From assembly GCF_031769215.1 (NCBI RefSeq), contig NW_026781913.1, positions 248,001-312,000 on the forward strand: a DNA stretch of 64,000 nucleotides, read 5' to 3'. A model generated the notes under the pieces. It saw only the letters and a program-made list of their open reading frames with translations. It did no database searches and was not told the DNA's origin. Positions 63,116-64,000 of this stretch are shown one piece after another. Numbering within the stretch: position 1 is the first letter of the stretch; every line of letters begins with the position of its first letter. The position numbers and the translations under genes were made by a program. The stretch is from Ylistrum balloti (taxonomy: Eukaryota).

Positions 63116-64000
63116 GATATGTAAACATAATATTGTAGCATGATGACACAGGTAACAGTAGTAAATATATCTGATACATGTTCATGTTTTAGCTGTTTAT
63201 GATACTAAGACAAAATCATATATACTTAAAATGATAAAATACAATCACCATGACAACATGTCATAATGATAAAGACTCTCACAGACATATCCTACTCATC
63301 ATGTAATGAAAAATACCAATCTGACAACACATAAAACTTATCTCATTTTTCTTTGATGGACGTGTGAAGAATGGGAGCGACATTTTAGTCATCATCAACT
63401 TGGTGAGACTTAGGACCACCATGACGGACAGCATCAGTATCAACAGAAAGATAAACAACACCACCACCATGTTTACTTCCTATGATACCAAAGCAGATAT
63501 TCCAGCATCTATCAGCAACAGCAACACCGATTCCATTTCTGGGTTAAGCAACTCTCCCTTTGGCAAATTAATCCTGCAGTTTTACACAGAATTCTTTCCG
63601 ATAATCTCAAAATCCTATCCATAGTAATTTGTTTCTATACTTTGTTTTAATGAAGAATCCAAGTTAATTCCAATACTGTCTCTATTTTACAGACTACAAC
63701 CATAACTGATACATCTTGCAGTTGAACAGTTTTCATCAATTCCATAACCACATCTGTTTTTTTCCTGCAGTTTTCACACAACTATCCACAAACAGAAATT
63801 TCACTACATATATAACAATGCAAATGGTTTTCTATAACAAGCTTCTGTTTCCTTATAGAATCAAGAAAAATAATCCATCACACATAACGATCCAGGTTTA
63901 ATCAGCACATTGTTTCCAACGCTAAGATTAGTTCTTTTAAATAGTCCATGAGCATTGCTCCTCAGCACTCTGACATGAGTGGTGACTGCGACAAGGCAGC

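Noticed and set aside
63279-63624. Hydrophobic 63-aa minus ORF and overlapping Ser/Thr-rich plus ORF
   Set aside because: No recognisable domain, in-frame stop just upstream, no convincing splice sites; cannot be tied to the RhoGEF.

Overview
Eukaryotic (animal) genomic DNA: AT-rich, with GT-AG introns. The repeat style suggests a lophotrochozoan, probably a bivalve mollusc (inference). No prokaryotic operons, CRISPR arrays, rRNA or tRNA genes are supportable. Left half (1-30.2 kb) contains no recognisable host gene and is repeat-dominated: a frameshifted Bel/Pao LTR retrotransposon on the minus strand (5' LTR 4800-5429, running off the left edge), eight different minisatellite arrays (units 39, 57, 32, 45, 21, 23, 23, 31 bp), three decayed LINE fragments, a Harbinger-type MITE and a decayed pogo/Tigger transposase. 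Right half: three paralogous single-pass membrane genes (signal peptide-CUB-LDLa-TM), which I assembled exon by exon with consistent phases. Gene A is + 31159-35113, gene B is - 38170-44865, gene C is + 46950-49329. They are followed by the 3' ten exons of a PLEKHG4/puratrophin-like RhoGEF (-, 55197-60275). Best leads: (1) the CUB-LDLa-TM trio with very different cytoplasmic tails; (2) a duplicated stalk+TM exon in gene B that could switch between a 14-Cys tail and a tail-less isoform; (3) the 39-bp satellite, which appears to be an amplified piece of a LINE endonuclease ORF, with the Bel/Pao LTR abutting it. All alignments and translations were done by eye; no database searches were run.
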